Of a stretch of 64,000 bases of DNA, positions 20,198 to 29,394 are shown one piece after another. Each line of letters starts with the position of its first letter. The stretch's first letter is position 1. The translations under genes and the position numbers were made by a program. The notes under the pieces were generated by a model. That model worked only from the letters and a program-made list of their open reading frames with translations, was not told where the DNA came from and did no database searches. This stretch comes from an uncultured Nitrososphaerota archaeon (GTDB lineage: Archaea > Korarchaeota > Korarchaeia > Korarchaeales > Korarchaeaceae), in contig CAZQNA010000005.1 in NCBI GenBank assembly GCA_964594835.1, positions 21,319 to 85,318 of the forward strand. Reading direction: 5' to 3'.

Positions 20198-21106
20198 ATG
20201 GTCGGGGAGTGCTACTACCTGGCGGTCGGCCACCTGACGATTGACGACCTGGGCGGGGAGACGAGGCTCGGCGGGGCGTCCGCGTACGGCTCGGCCCTCG
20301 CGGCCGGGCTGGGACTCTCCGCCTGCGTGGTCTCCGTCGTGGGGTCGGACTTCCCAGCTGAGGCGCTCGACGCCCTCAGGGGATTCGGGGTGGACCTGTC
20401 CGGAGTCAGGGTCTCCGCCGGACCTAGCACAAGGTTCAGGGTCGTGCCGGGGCCCGACAGGGTTGTCTCCTCCCTACTCTCAAGGGCCCCTCCCCTCGGG
20501 GCCAACGACGTCTCTCACCTCAGGGCAAGGATCGCCCACGTCGGCCCCGTCGCGGGAGAGGTCCCGAGGGAGGTGGTGCTGAGGCTCGCCGCAGGCTGCG
20601 ACATCCTGCTGATCGATCTTCAGGGCTTTCTGAGGGAGTTCGATCCGCTGGGGCGGGTTAGGCTGAGCGCGCGTGGTATGAGAGCCCTGGAGGGGGTGAG
20701 GGGAGTAGTCCACGCGAATGCCGAAGAGGCGGCAGAGGCCACGGGCTCCGGAGATCCGGTCGTGGCCGCGGAGGAGCTCTCGAGAGGGTTTGGGGTGGCG
20801 GCCGTCACGCTGGGTGGAGGGGGGGCCGTGGTGTCCGGAGGCCGGACCACGCTGGTGGCCAGACCTCCCGGCGTCGAGGCGGTGGACGACGTCGGCGCGG
20901 GAGACGTGTTCACGGCCGCCTTGGGGATAGCTGTGTCCCGGGGCGCTGGCCTCAGGGAGGCGGCCAGATTCGCGGTTGCGGCGGCCTCAGCCTCGACAAC
21001 GCTCGTGGGACCGCGTCCAATTCCCGTTAATATCATAAGTGAGCTAGAGACCGCCGTTTCAATAGAGGTCTTCAGACGGGGGTCCGGGTCCGGCCTTCAC
21101 GGCTAG
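20198..21106 (+). CDS. PfkB/ribokinase-family carbohydrate kinase
   Basis: 'VGHLTID', 'LGGASAY', 'NAEEA', 'DDVGAGDVF'. Confidence 0.88.
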   Translation: MVGECYYLAVGHLTIDDLGGETRLGGASAYGSALAAGLGLSACVVSVVGSDFPAEALDALRGFGVDLSGVRVSAGPSTRFRVVPGPDRVVSSLLSRAPPLGANDVSHLRARIAHVGPVAGEVPREVVLRLAAGCDILLIDLQGFLREFDPLGRVRLSARGMRALEGVRGVVHANAEEAAEATGSGDPVVAAEELSRGFGVAAVTLGGGGAVVSGGRTTLVARPPGVEAVDDVGAGDVFTAALGIAVSRGAGLREAARFAVAAASASTTLVGPRPIPVNIISELETAVSIEVFRRGSGSGLHG

Positions 21107-21676
21107 GACGTCCAGCTGGCCGACCCACCTCCCCCTCACCCCAACGACGCGCATACCGAGCGCCCTGAGTTCATTCAACAGGCTATCCACTGTCAAGAAC
21201 TCTGAGTGGAGGCCAATCAGCCTCTCCATCTTCCTGAGGACCCTGGCAGAGAGCCTGGAGCCGTCGAAGTCGTATATCCCGAGGACCCCCCCGACCCGCA
21301 GCACCCTGGAGGCCTCCCTCAGGGCGTCCGTCTGCCGAGGTATGTGGTGGAGCGAGTCGAAGAATATCACGAAGTCCGCCACCCCGTCCCTGAGCGGGAG
21401 CCTCCTGGCGTCGGCCCTCAGCACGGACACGTTCGGCCTCGAGGCGAGCCTCCTCCTGGCCGACGAGGTCATGTCCCTGTCTATGTCCACCAGTATCAGG
21501 TGGCCCACCCTGTCTGCGATGAGCTCGGCCGACAGCCCGTACCCGGCGCCGACGTCTACCCCGACGGCGCCTGGGCCGACCATCCCTATCAGCTCTGCGA
21601 TGGGCCTGTAGACCCCCCTCAGGCCGAGGGAGTAGATGAGCCTGTAGGCGAGGGGGGTCCCCCGCCTCCCTCCCAT
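21059..21676 (-). CDS. Class I SAM-dependent methyltransferase (UbiE-like)
   Basis: 'VDVGAGYG', 'LVDID', 'ADARRLP', 'SLHHIP', 'RVLRVGG'; ATG at 21676. Confidence 0.85.
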   Translation of the reverse strand: MGGRRGTPLAYRLIYSLGLRGVYRPIAELIGMVGPGAVGVDVGAGYGLSAELIADRVGHLILVDIDRDMTSSARRRLASRPNVSVLRADARRLPLRDGVADFVIFFDSLHHIPRQTDALREASRVLRVGGVLGIYDFDGSRLSARVLRKMERLIGLHSEFLTVDSLLNELRALGMRVVGVRGRWVGQLDVLAVKAGPGPPSEDLY

Positions 21677-21733
21677 TAGTCTCGATCCGGCCGCCGGGCA
21701 AATTACTTTAACCGTACCCTGCCGTTCAGCGCC

Positions 21734-22423
21734 GTGCGAGACCTCAAGAGCCTGGTGATCCGAAAGGCAGTGCACGCGGTGATGGCGCTGAGCCTGGCGG
21801 CCCCGGCCGTGATCCTCCCCAGGCTGCCGGAGTATCTCTTCCTCCTCCACAGGCCCTCTCCGGCCGAGGTCTATGGGCTGCTGATGATGGCGGCCGCTTG
21901 GGTCAACGCCCTGAGGGTCAAGGGTCCCGCGGTGGAGGTCAAGCCTGAGGAGCTGGAGCGGATGCTCCAGAGGACGCCAGTCGGCCAGAGGGTGGAGGCG
22001 GCCGTGAAGTGGCTCGACGCGACCATCCGTCGGCTGGAGAGGGAGTACGAGAGGAGGGCTGGCTGGGTCGGCCTGATGTACGGGGTCGTGGGAGTCGGGG
22101 TCTCCTACTTCCTCTTCGGCTGGAACTTCCTGTGGGGCGTCGTGGCCCTCGCCACGACTGACGTCGCCTCTGCGGTCGTCGGGGCCTTCGCAGGGAGTCG
22201 GAGGATGCCCTTCGCCTCCACGTCCACTGTCGAGGGGACGGTCGCCGGATTCCTGGCCATCCTGCCGGTTGCCCTGGCCTTCAGGGACCCGGCCAGCGCG
22301 GTCATCCTGTCGGCGGCGGCAGCGCTCTCGGAGGCCTACGGGGTCGAGGACAACCTCGAGGTGCCCTTCGTGGTGTCTGGCCTGGCCTGGCTCATGCCCC
22401 GCCTGGGGATAGGAGTTCCCTGA
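21734..22423 (+). CDS. Dolichol/phytol kinase-like (CTP-dependent) membrane protein
   Basis: 'RKAVH', 'D.ASAVVG..G', 'STVEGT.AG', 'EDNLEVP'; multiple TM helices. Confidence 0.72.
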   Translation: MRDLKSLVIRKAVHAVMALSLAAPAVILPRLPEYLFLLHRPSPAEVYGLLMMAAAWVNALRVKGPAVEVKPEELERMLQRTPVGQRVEAAVKWLDATIRRLEREYERRAGWVGLMYGVVGVGVSYFLFGWNFLWGVVALATTDVASAVVGAFAGSRRMPFASTSTVEGTVAGFLAILPVALAFRDPASAVILSAAAALSEAYGVEDNLEVPFVVSGLAWLMPRLGIGVP

Positions 22424-23567
22424 TGAACCTCTTGAGTGCGGCGACGTCCTCTAGGTGCACGAACTCGAGGGGGGCGTGGATGTTGTTGTCCACCCTTATG
22501 GCCCCGATGGCCACCGTGGGCACCCCCTTGCTGGCGAACAGGTAGCCGTCGTTGCCTCCCAGCTCTGCGGCAAGCTCCCGCCTGCCCATCGCCCTCTCCA
22601 TCGCGTCGAGGGCCTCCCTGACGAACGGGTGGTCCGGAGGGGTCACCCAGCCCGTGTTGACCTCTCCCACAAGCTCCATGGACACCTCGAGCCCCAGCCT
22701 CGCCGCCGCGTCTGTCAGGAAGGACCTCAGCTCCTCCAGCGCCTCGTCCGGATCCTCTCCAGGGACGATCCTCATGTCGAACCCCAGCCTCGCCTCGCTG
22801 GGCACGGCGTTGTGCTTCTCCCCGGCCCTCAGCATCGTCACGGTGAACCTCCCCCAAACCCTCCCCACGGGGGACCCCGGGGGGCTTGGGAACTTTGATA
22901 GCCTCGCGGCCCTCCGCCTGGAGAAGTCCTCAAGCTCCTGGATGAGCCTCACCAACCCGTAGATCGGATTCCTCGTCTTGTGGGGGTAGCCCGCGTGGCC
23001 CCCCACGCCCCTGACCACGATCCAGCCGTCGGCCACTCCGCTGGCCCCCACGCTGAGGTGCTCTATCGCCGCGTCGAGGATCACGGCAGCGTCGCCCGTT
23101 ATGCCGGCCCCCTCGACGACCTCCCTTATCCCCGTCCCCCCGACCTCCTCGTCGCCCACCACTATGGCCAGGGGGTTGTACCTCAGTTCGCCAGCGCCGC
23201 CCTCGGCTATCTCCTTAAGGGCCCCCAGGGTGGCCGCAATGGCGGACTTGTCGTCGGCCGCCCCCCTCCCGTACATCCGGCCGTCCACGACGACCGGCTC
23301 GAACGGGTCAATCTCCCTGTCGCCCAGCCTCCATGGTCCCCGGGCCGGGACGACGTCGTAGTGGCTCACGAGCGCCAGGTCCCTGTCCGCGCCCGCGTCC
23401 AGCCTCGCCACGACGTTCGGCACCTCCTCTCCCACTATCTGGACGCTTAGGCCTATCTCTCTGAAGTACCCTGCCACAAGCTCGGCCGCCTCCCTGTAGT
23501 TCCTCCGCTGGGTGGCGTCCGTGTTCAGGGAGACAAGGCGGCCCAGGACCTCGACCTCCCACTCCAA
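22392..23567 (-). CDS. M20 metallopeptidase (ArgE/DapE family)
   Basis: 'SHYDVVP', 'YGRGAADDK', 'DEEVGG', 'GGHAG', 'IHAPLE'. Confidence 0.92.
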   Translation of the reverse strand: MEWEVEVLGRLVSLNTDATQRRNYREAAELVAGYFREIGLSVQIVGEEVPNVVARLDAGADRDLALVSHYDVVPARGPWRLGDREIDPFEPVVVDGRMYGRGAADDKSAIAATLGALKEIAEGGAGELRYNPLAIVVGDEEVGGTGIREVVEGAGITGDAAVILDAAIEHLSVGASGVADGWIVVRGVGGHAGYPHKTRNPIYGLVRLIQELEDFSRRRAARLSKFPSPPGSPVGRVWGRFTVTMLRAGEKHNAVPSEARLGFDMRIVPGEDPDEALEELRSFLTDAAARLGLEVSMELVGEVNTGWVTPPDHPFVREALDAMERAMGRRELAAELGGNDGYLFASKGVPTVAIGAIRVDNNIHAPLEFVHLEDVAALKRFIRELLSPGGA

Positions 23568-23629
23568 CCGGGTCCACCCGGACGGGGTGCTGGTGATCAG
23601 GTTAATAGACTGACGAGGCGGGAGGCGGG

Positions 23630-24847
23630 ATGCCCGCTCGGGTTGCGCTTGTGGGGGCGGGGGTGACGTCGAGGGTCGTGGCGCTCTCTCTCGCGAGGGA
23701 CGACCTCGCCCCCTGGGTGGGGGAGCTGCTGATAGCGGACCTGAATGAGGACGCCGCCAGGATGGTGGCCGAGCGGGCTCAGGCCCTGACTGCCTCGAAG
23801 TCAGTGTTTTGGGCGAGGATCGACGCCAGGGACGTGGATCAGGCCGTCGGATTGATCAGGGGGTACGACGTCCTGATCAACGGCGCGATCTTCAAGGTGA
23901 TCCCCCACCTCACCAGGGCCGCCCTTGAGGCGGGAGTGAACTACGTTGACTTCGGCTCAGACAGGGAGACCCTCCAGTGGCAGCTCTCCCTGGGAGAGGA
24001 CTTCAGGCGCGCCGGCGCCGCGGCCCTGCCAGGGATGGGGGGCTCTCCGGGCCTGATAAACGTCCTGGCCAGGTTGGCGGTCGATCAACTGGAGGAGGTA
24101 CGGGAGATACGCATGAGAGAGGGGTGGACAGACAGAGTGGACTACGAAGGCCTCGGTATCCCCCTCCCCGTGCCCTACTCCCTCGAGACCATCCTCGACG
24201 AGTTCGTCTACGGGGGGGAGGTCTGGACGCCCGAGGGGGTGAGGCCCACCCCGCCGCTCGGGGGCCGCGAGGTCTTCGAGTTCCCCCAGCCCGTGGGGAG
24301 GCAGCCCTGCTACTACGTCGACCACCCCGAGACCTGGAGCCTAGGGGAGACTTTCAGAGACCGTGGGCTCAGGCTGGTCGACTACAAGCTCTCCTTCCCC
24401 GACGACCTCCTGGAGAAGTACCGCCTCCTCGTGGGGCTCGGATTCGCCTCGGAGGACCCATTGGACCTCGAGGGGTGCAGGAGGTCGCCCCTGGAGATTC
24501 TGAAGCGCCTGGTCGCCAGGACGATGGAGGGCAAGTCGTGGGCGCCAGACGACGTGGACGTGATGGTCGTGGTCGCCGAGGGGACGAGGTCCGGGGGAAC
24601 TCCCTCGTCGGCCGTCGTCACGGCGGAGGCCAGATCTTGGAGGGACCCGCCCGCGTCTTCGCACGGCGTGATGGTGGCCGCCCCAGCGGTTACCGCAGCC
24701 AGGATGCTGTTCGAGGGGGAGATCTCGCCGGGAGTCCACCTCCCGGAGAGGGTCCTGGACCCCGAGCCGTTCCTGCGGGAGGTGGCGAGGTTCGGCGTGT
24801 CTATCGGGCTGGAGGTGACGGTCGGCCGGGCCTCGCCGTCGGGATGA
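23630..24847 (+). CDS. Saccharopine dehydrogenase-family oxidoreductase
   Basis: Rossmann 'VALVGAG', 'AALEAGVNYVD', 'GMGGSPGLINV', 'YSLETILDE', 'DHPET', 'PGVHLPE'. Confidence 0.85.
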   Translation: MPARVALVGAGVTSRVVALSLARDDLAPWVGELLIADLNEDAARMVAERAQALTASKSVFWARIDARDVDQAVGLIRGYDVLINGAIFKVIPHLTRAALEAGVNYVDFGSDRETLQWQLSLGEDFRRAGAAALPGMGGSPGLINVLARLAVDQLEEVREIRMREGWTDRVDYEGLGIPLPVPYSLETILDEFVYGGEVWTPEGVRPTPPLGGREVFEFPQPVGRQPCYYVDHPETWSLGETFRDRGLRLVDYKLSFPDDLLEKYRLLVGLGFASEDPLDLEGCRRSPLEILKRLVARTMEGKSWAPDDVDVMVVVAEGTRSGGTPSSAVVTAEARSWRDPPASSHGVMVAAPAVTAARMLFEGEISPGVHLPERVLDPEPFLREVARFGVSIGLEVTVGRASPSG

Positions 24848-24905
24848 GGGGGAGGTCGTCCCGGACCGAAAAATCATTTTACCTTTGAGGGCTGGAGAGG
24901 GCCCC

Positions 24906-25643
24906 GTGCCCACGGAGAGGCTGTACTACCGGGATCAGTACTTGAAGGAGTTCACCGCGAGGGTGACCTCGGTCGAGGAGCTTCCCGAGGGAAGGCTCGG
25001 CGTGGTCCTGGACAGGACGGCCTTCTACCCGGAGGGGGGAGGCCAGCTGGCCGACACGGGTGTCTTGGAGGGCCCCTCCGGGAGGCTAAGGGTGGTCTGG
25101 GCCGAGGACCGGGGAGGGGAGGTACTCCACATCGGGGAGCCCGATGGCTCAATGGCCCCCGGCGACGAGGTCCGCGGCGCCATCGACTGGGAGAGGAGGC
25201 ACGCCATAATGAGGACTCACACGGCTGCCCACGTGCTGATGCACGCCGTGGACAGGCTGTTCGGACGAACGGAGCTGGCCGGAAGTGGCCTCAGCGTTGG
25301 AACGGGCCGCCTGGACTTCTCGGTGAGGATAACCAGGGATCAGCTGCCCTCCATAGAGGAGGAGGCCAACAGGATCGTGGAGGGGGACTATGAGGTCAGG
25401 GCGGTCGTGCTCCCGAGGGAGGAGGCGGAGTCTCTGCTCGCAAAGTACGGGGCGAGCCTCGGACCGGCCCAGGAGGGTATGGAGGAGGTCAGGGTCGTGG
25501 AGATCGTTGGGGTCGGGGCCGACCCCTGTGGGGGGACCCACGTGGCCCGGACGGGGGAGATAGGAGGGATCAAGATCCTGAAGAGGAAGAGCAAGGGGAA
25601 GGGTGTCGTGAGGCTGGAGTACGCAGTGTCCGGCTTCTATTGA
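24906..25643 (+). CDS. alaX: Alanyl-tRNA editing protein AlaX(M)
   Basis: 'LYYRDQYLKEF', 'FYPEGGGQLAD.G', HTAAH, 'PCGGTHV..TGEIG'. Confidence 0.93.
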   Translation: MPTERLYYRDQYLKEFTARVTSVEELPEGRLGVVLDRTAFYPEGGGQLADTGVLEGPSGRLRVVWAEDRGGEVLHIGEPDGSMAPGDEVRGAIDWERRHAIMRTHTAAHVLMHAVDRLFGRTELAGSGLSVGTGRLDFSVRITRDQLPSIEEEANRIVEGDYEVRAVVLPREEAESLLAKYGASLGPAQEGMEEVRVVEIVGVGADPCGGTHVARTGEIGGIKILKRKSKGKGVVRLEYAVSGFY

Positions 25644-25662
25644 AGCTCGAGGTGTTCTCCCG

Positions 25663-26496
25663 GTGGTCTCGGTCAGGGGGGTCGCGCCGGTCCTCGCCGT
25701 CCTGGCGCTCTCGCTCAGCGCGGCGCCGGCCTGGGGAGAGCCGTCTGGCTGCAGGGTCACGCTCTACGAGGACGGGTGGGCCCTGGTTACCGTGACCTGG
25801 AACTCGGAGGGGCTGGTGAGCGCGGTCCCCCTGCTCCCCGGCGCCAGGTCGATCCTCGTCACCGACGAGGGCGGCGGGCTGCCCGAGTACAACGTCACCG
25901 ACGGGACGCTCATCGTCTTGGAGTCTCCGGGCTCGATCAACGTGACCTACGAGACGCAGGGGATCACATCCAAGGAGGGAGACGTCTGGACGGCGAACCT
26001 CTCGGTTGAGCTCGGGACCTGCGAGGTGATCATGCCCAGGGGATCGATACTGGTCGGGATGTCGGAGCTGCCCGCCGCAGTCACTTCGGTGGACAACAGG
26101 ACGGTGGTGTTCATGGAGACTCCCTGCTGGGTCTCCTACGTCATGGCGACGAGGTCGCGGGGCCCGCAGGCGGGGAGGGGCTCGAGCCTCTGGCCCGCGG
26201 CGGCAGCCGGGCTGGCCCTCGCCGCGGCGATCCTGGCGCTCTCGCTCAGGACTCGCCGGAGGGAGACCAGAGAGAGGCCCCCGCTCTCGTACGACGACAT
26301 TGCGCTGCTCAGGAAGCTCGATCAGATGGGGGGAGAGGCCTACCTCTCTGAGCTCAGGGCGGCCCTGGAGATGCCGAAGACCACCGTGTGGAGGAGGGCC
26401 AGGAGGCTGAGCGAGGGCGGCCTCGTGGAGATGGTGAAGACCTCGAGGGGGAGCCTCCTCAGGATCACCGAGGAGGGCAGGAGGGTGATCTCCTGA
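25663..26496 (+). CDS. Membrane-anchored protein: signal peptide, extracellular domain, TM helix, cytoplasmic winged-helix
   Basis: Signal peptide ..APAWG; TM 'WPAAAAGLALAAAILAL'; wHTH 'GGEAYLSELRAALEMPKTTVWRRARRLSEGGLVEM'. Confidence 0.8.
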   Translation: MVSVRGVAPVLAVLALSLSAAPAWGEPSGCRVTLYEDGWALVTVTWNSEGLVSAVPLLPGARSILVTDEGGGLPEYNVTDGTLIVLESPGSINVTYETQGITSKEGDVWTANLSVELGTCEVIMPRGSILVGMSELPAAVTSVDNRTVVFMETPCWVSYVMATRSRGPQAGRGSSLWPAAAAGLALAAAILALSLRTRRRETRERPPLSYDDIALLRKLDQMGGEAYLSELRAALEMPKTTVWRRARRLSEGGLVEMVKTSRGSLLRITEEGRRVIS

Positions 26497-28853
26497 CGGC
26501 GGGCGTCAGGCTCGCGAGGGTCAGGCTGAGGAACTTCAAGTCGTTTCGGTCCGCCACCATAGAGTTCCCTTCCGACCTGACCGCGATAACCGGGCCCAAC
26601 GGGTCCGGCAAGTCGAACGTCATGGAGGCCGTCATGTTCGCCATGGGGGCCAGGGGGAGCTGGCTCAGGTCGCAGGGGCTCAGGGGGCTGATCAGGAAGG
26701 GGGCGTCGAGCTGCTCCGTGGAGCTGACCCTCAGACACGAGGGCGGGGCGCTCAGGCTGGAGAGGAGGATAACTCGATCCGGCGGGACGTACAGGCTCAA
26801 CGGCAGGGTGGCCTCGGCCAACGAGGTCAGGGACGCGCTTGCGGAGCTCGGCCTGAGGGCGGACGGACACAACTTCGTCAGCCAGGGGGAGGTCACGGCG
26901 GTGATAGAGGCCACCCCGAGGGAGAGGGCCGCGCTGATACTCGAGATAAGCGGGGTCGAGGAGTTTGAGAGGAGGAGAGAGGAGACCCTGAGGGAGCTCG
27001 AGAGGGTCGAAGAGCGCATCAAGGTGCTGAGGGCGCTTCAGAGAGACAGGCTGGAGAGGCTGGAGTTCCTGAAGAGGAGGGCCGAGGCGTACCATCAGAG
27101 GAGGGAGCTGGAGGAGAGGCTGGCCTCCCTGGAGAAGGCCGTCATTCTCAGGAGACTCGAGTCGGCCGAGAGGGCGCTGAGTGAGCTTCAGCCCCCAGAG
27201 GCACCTCCCATATCGGAGGACGAGATAGAGGAGCTGAGGAGGGAGGTCAGCAGGGCCGAGGCGGAGCTAAGAAGGCTGGAGGAGTCGGAGGATCTGAGGA
27301 GGGCCAGGGAGGCGGCGAACATCAAGGCCCGCCTGTCCACCCTCCGAGAGAGGCTGAGGTCGCTCGAGTCTGAGATAGAGGGTGTGAGGTCCCTCCTCTC
27401 TACCATGGGCGCCTCCCCCCCGCCGAGGTTCGTGACGGAGCACCCGGACTACGTGGGGATCGTCGCGGAGCTGGTCCGACCCCTGGAGGGGTACGAGATG
27501 GCCTTCAGGGCGGTCGCCGGGGCGAGGGTCGGAGACGTCGTGGTAAGGACCCTGGAGTCCGGGATAGAGATCGTGAAGTCCCTCAGGAACTCTCGCCTGA
27601 ACAGGAGGATCAGAGTACTCCCCCTAGACGTCCTCAGGCCCCCGAGGCGGGTGGACCCCCCGGAGTACTCGATCGGCCTCCTCAGAGACTACGTCTCCGC
27701 CGAGCCCGGCATGGAGGGCCTCGTCGGGGCGATCGTGGGGAACGCCGTCCTCGTCGAGGACCTGGACGCGGTCCCCAAGGCCGACGTGGGGAGGTACCGG
27801 TTCGTCAGCCTGCGGGGTGAGATAATCGAGAGGGATGGCAGCCTCCTCTCCTCCCCCCCGTCTCCGTCCCAGGAGAGGAGGCTCAGGAGGAGGCTCGAGG
27901 GGCTCCTGCAGGAGAGGGACGGTGTGAGGGGGAGGATTGAGGAGCTGGAGGCCAGGGCGCGGGATCTTCCGCCGCCAGAGCGCGCGCAGGAGGTGGAGGA
28001 GGCGCTGAGGGAGGTGAGGACCAGGATAGACGAGCTCAGGAGGGAGCTAGAGGGGGCGATGAGCTCGAGGCTCGCCTACGAGCGGAGGATGCGCGCGGCC
28101 GCCGAGGAGAGGGGGAGGCTCACGCAGAGGATTGAGGAGCTTAGGGAGAGGCTCAGAGAGCTTGAGGGAGTGGAGCCCGCCCCGTCCGACGACCCAGAGT
28201 CGGAGTTCGCCGCGGCCTCGGCGAGGCTCAGGGCCATCCCGCTGGTCGGCCCCGACGTGCTGGAGGAGCTTGAGAGGGAGGAGGCGAAGGCTCGAGACCT
28301 GGAGCAGACGCTGGCCGACCTCGAGGATGCCAGAGCCTCCATCGAGAGGGCGCTGGAGGAGATAGCCAGGGAGAGGGAGAGGGTGCTGAGGGAGACCGTC
28401 GAGAGGGTGTCGAGGGCCTTCAACGAGGCCGTCGGGGAGATGTTCGGGGGGCACGGGGAGGTCTGGCTGTCTGGAGAGTGGCCGAGGCTCGAGCTGGAGG
28501 TCAGGGTGAACATCCCTGACAAGGGCGAGGTCCCGATGGAGGCCCTCTCTGGTGGAGAGAAGTCGCTGGCCGCCCTGGCGCTGATATACGCCCTCCAGAG
28601 CGTCAGGCCGAGCCCCCTCTACTTCTTCGACGAGGCCGACATGATGCTCGACGGCAGGAACTGCAAGAGGTACGCGGCCCTGCTGAGGAGGATGGTGAGC
28701 AGGGGATCCCAGGTGATCATAATCTCCCTCAAGAAGGACACCCTGGAGGAGGCGGACGCCATACTGGGCGTGAGAATGGTTGACGGTGAGTCGAGGGTCG
28801 TGGGCGTGAGGCTCGATGAGTTCGATCGCGTCCGAGATAGTGCGAAGGGTTGA
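26493..28853 (+). CDS. smc: SMC chromosome segregation ATPase, unusually short (~786 aa)
   Basis: 'NFKSF', Walker A GPNGSGKSN, 'VSQGEV', coiled coils, hinge (~27405-27860), 'LSGGEKS', 'FFDEADMMLD'; start inferred at CTG 26493. Confidence 0.9.
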   Translation: MTAGVRLARVRLRNFKSFRSATIEFPSDLTAITGPNGSGKSNVMEAVMFAMGARGSWLRSQGLRGLIRKGASSCSVELTLRHEGGALRLERRITRSGGTYRLNGRVASANEVRDALAELGLRADGHNFVSQGEVTAVIEATPRERAALILEISGVEEFERRREETLRELERVEERIKVLRALQRDRLERLEFLKRRAEAYHQRRELEERLASLEKAVILRRLESAERALSELQPPEAPPISEDEIEELRREVSRAEAELRRLEESEDLRRAREAANIKARLSTLRERLRSLESEIEGVRSLLSTMGASPPPRFVTEHPDYVGIVAELVRPLEGYEMAFRAVAGARVGDVVVRTLESGIEIVKSLRNSRLNRRIRVLPLDVLRPPRRVDPPEYSIGLLRDYVSAEPGMEGLVGAIVGNAVLVEDLDAVPKADVGRYRFVSLRGEIIERDGSLLSSPPSPSQERRLRRRLEGLLQERDGVRGRIEELEARARDLPPPERAQEVEEALREVRTRIDELRRELEGAMSSRLAYERRMRAAAEERGRLTQRIEELRERLRELEGVEPAPSDDPESEFAAASARLRAIPLVGPDVLEELEREEAKARDLEQTLADLEDARASIERALEEIARERERVLRETVERVSRAFNEAVGEMFGGHGEVWLSGEWPRLELEVRVNIPDKGEVPMEALSGGEKSLAALALIYALQSVRPSPLYFFDEADMMLDGRNCKRYAALLRRMVSRGSQVIIISLKKDTLEEADAILGVRMVDGESRVVGVRLDEFDRVRDSAKG

Positions 28854-29394
28854 GCGCGTCCTGACGGAGTTCCGCCGGAGCAGGGACATGTCTTGGGCCG
28901 CCAGGACCCTCCACTCCCTCGCGGTGGAGCTCAGGAGACTTGCAGACTCCCTGGTGAGGATAGGGGAGGTCGAGGACCGCCCCGCGCCTCCCAGGTCTAG
29001 GCAGGCCAGGCGGGGGCCCCCAGCCCCGCTGCCCGAGCCCCTCCTCGGGAGGGTGCCGGCGCGTCGGCCGAGGCCGTCAGACCTCTCCTCCGCCCTGGAG
29101 TGGGCGAGGAACCTCGGTAGGAGGGCGGATGACGGCCTCTCCAGGATAATCTCGGCGGCGGTCAGCCTGGCCGAGCACCTCGACAGGGTTAGGGCGAGGC
29201 TGAGGGAGATCCTCGCCGGCTCGGGTGTTAGAGAGGTGCCGTTCAGGGAGCTCGCCAGGGACAGGTCCGAGGCCGCGGAGGCGATGGTCTCCCTCCTCCA
29301 CATGGAGGCCGAGGGGGAGGTGGAGCTGGAGCAGGAGACACTTTTTGGGGAGATCCTGATCCGGGTGAGGCGGGTTGACCGACCAGGACCCTGA
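28816..29394 (+). CDS. scpA: Kleisin ScpA
   Basis: Lies between smc and scpB; C-terminal winged-helix 'VSLLHMEAEGEVELEQETLFGEILI'. Confidence 0.85.
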   Translation: MSSIASEIVRRVERVLTEFRRSRDMSWAARTLHSLAVELRRLADSLVRIGEVEDRPAPPRSRQARRGPPAPLPEPLLGRVPARRPRPSDLSSALEWARNLGRRADDGLSRIISAAVSLAEHLDRVRARLREILAGSGVREVPFRELARDRSEAAEAMVSLLHMEAEGEVELEQETLFGEILIRVRRVDRPGP

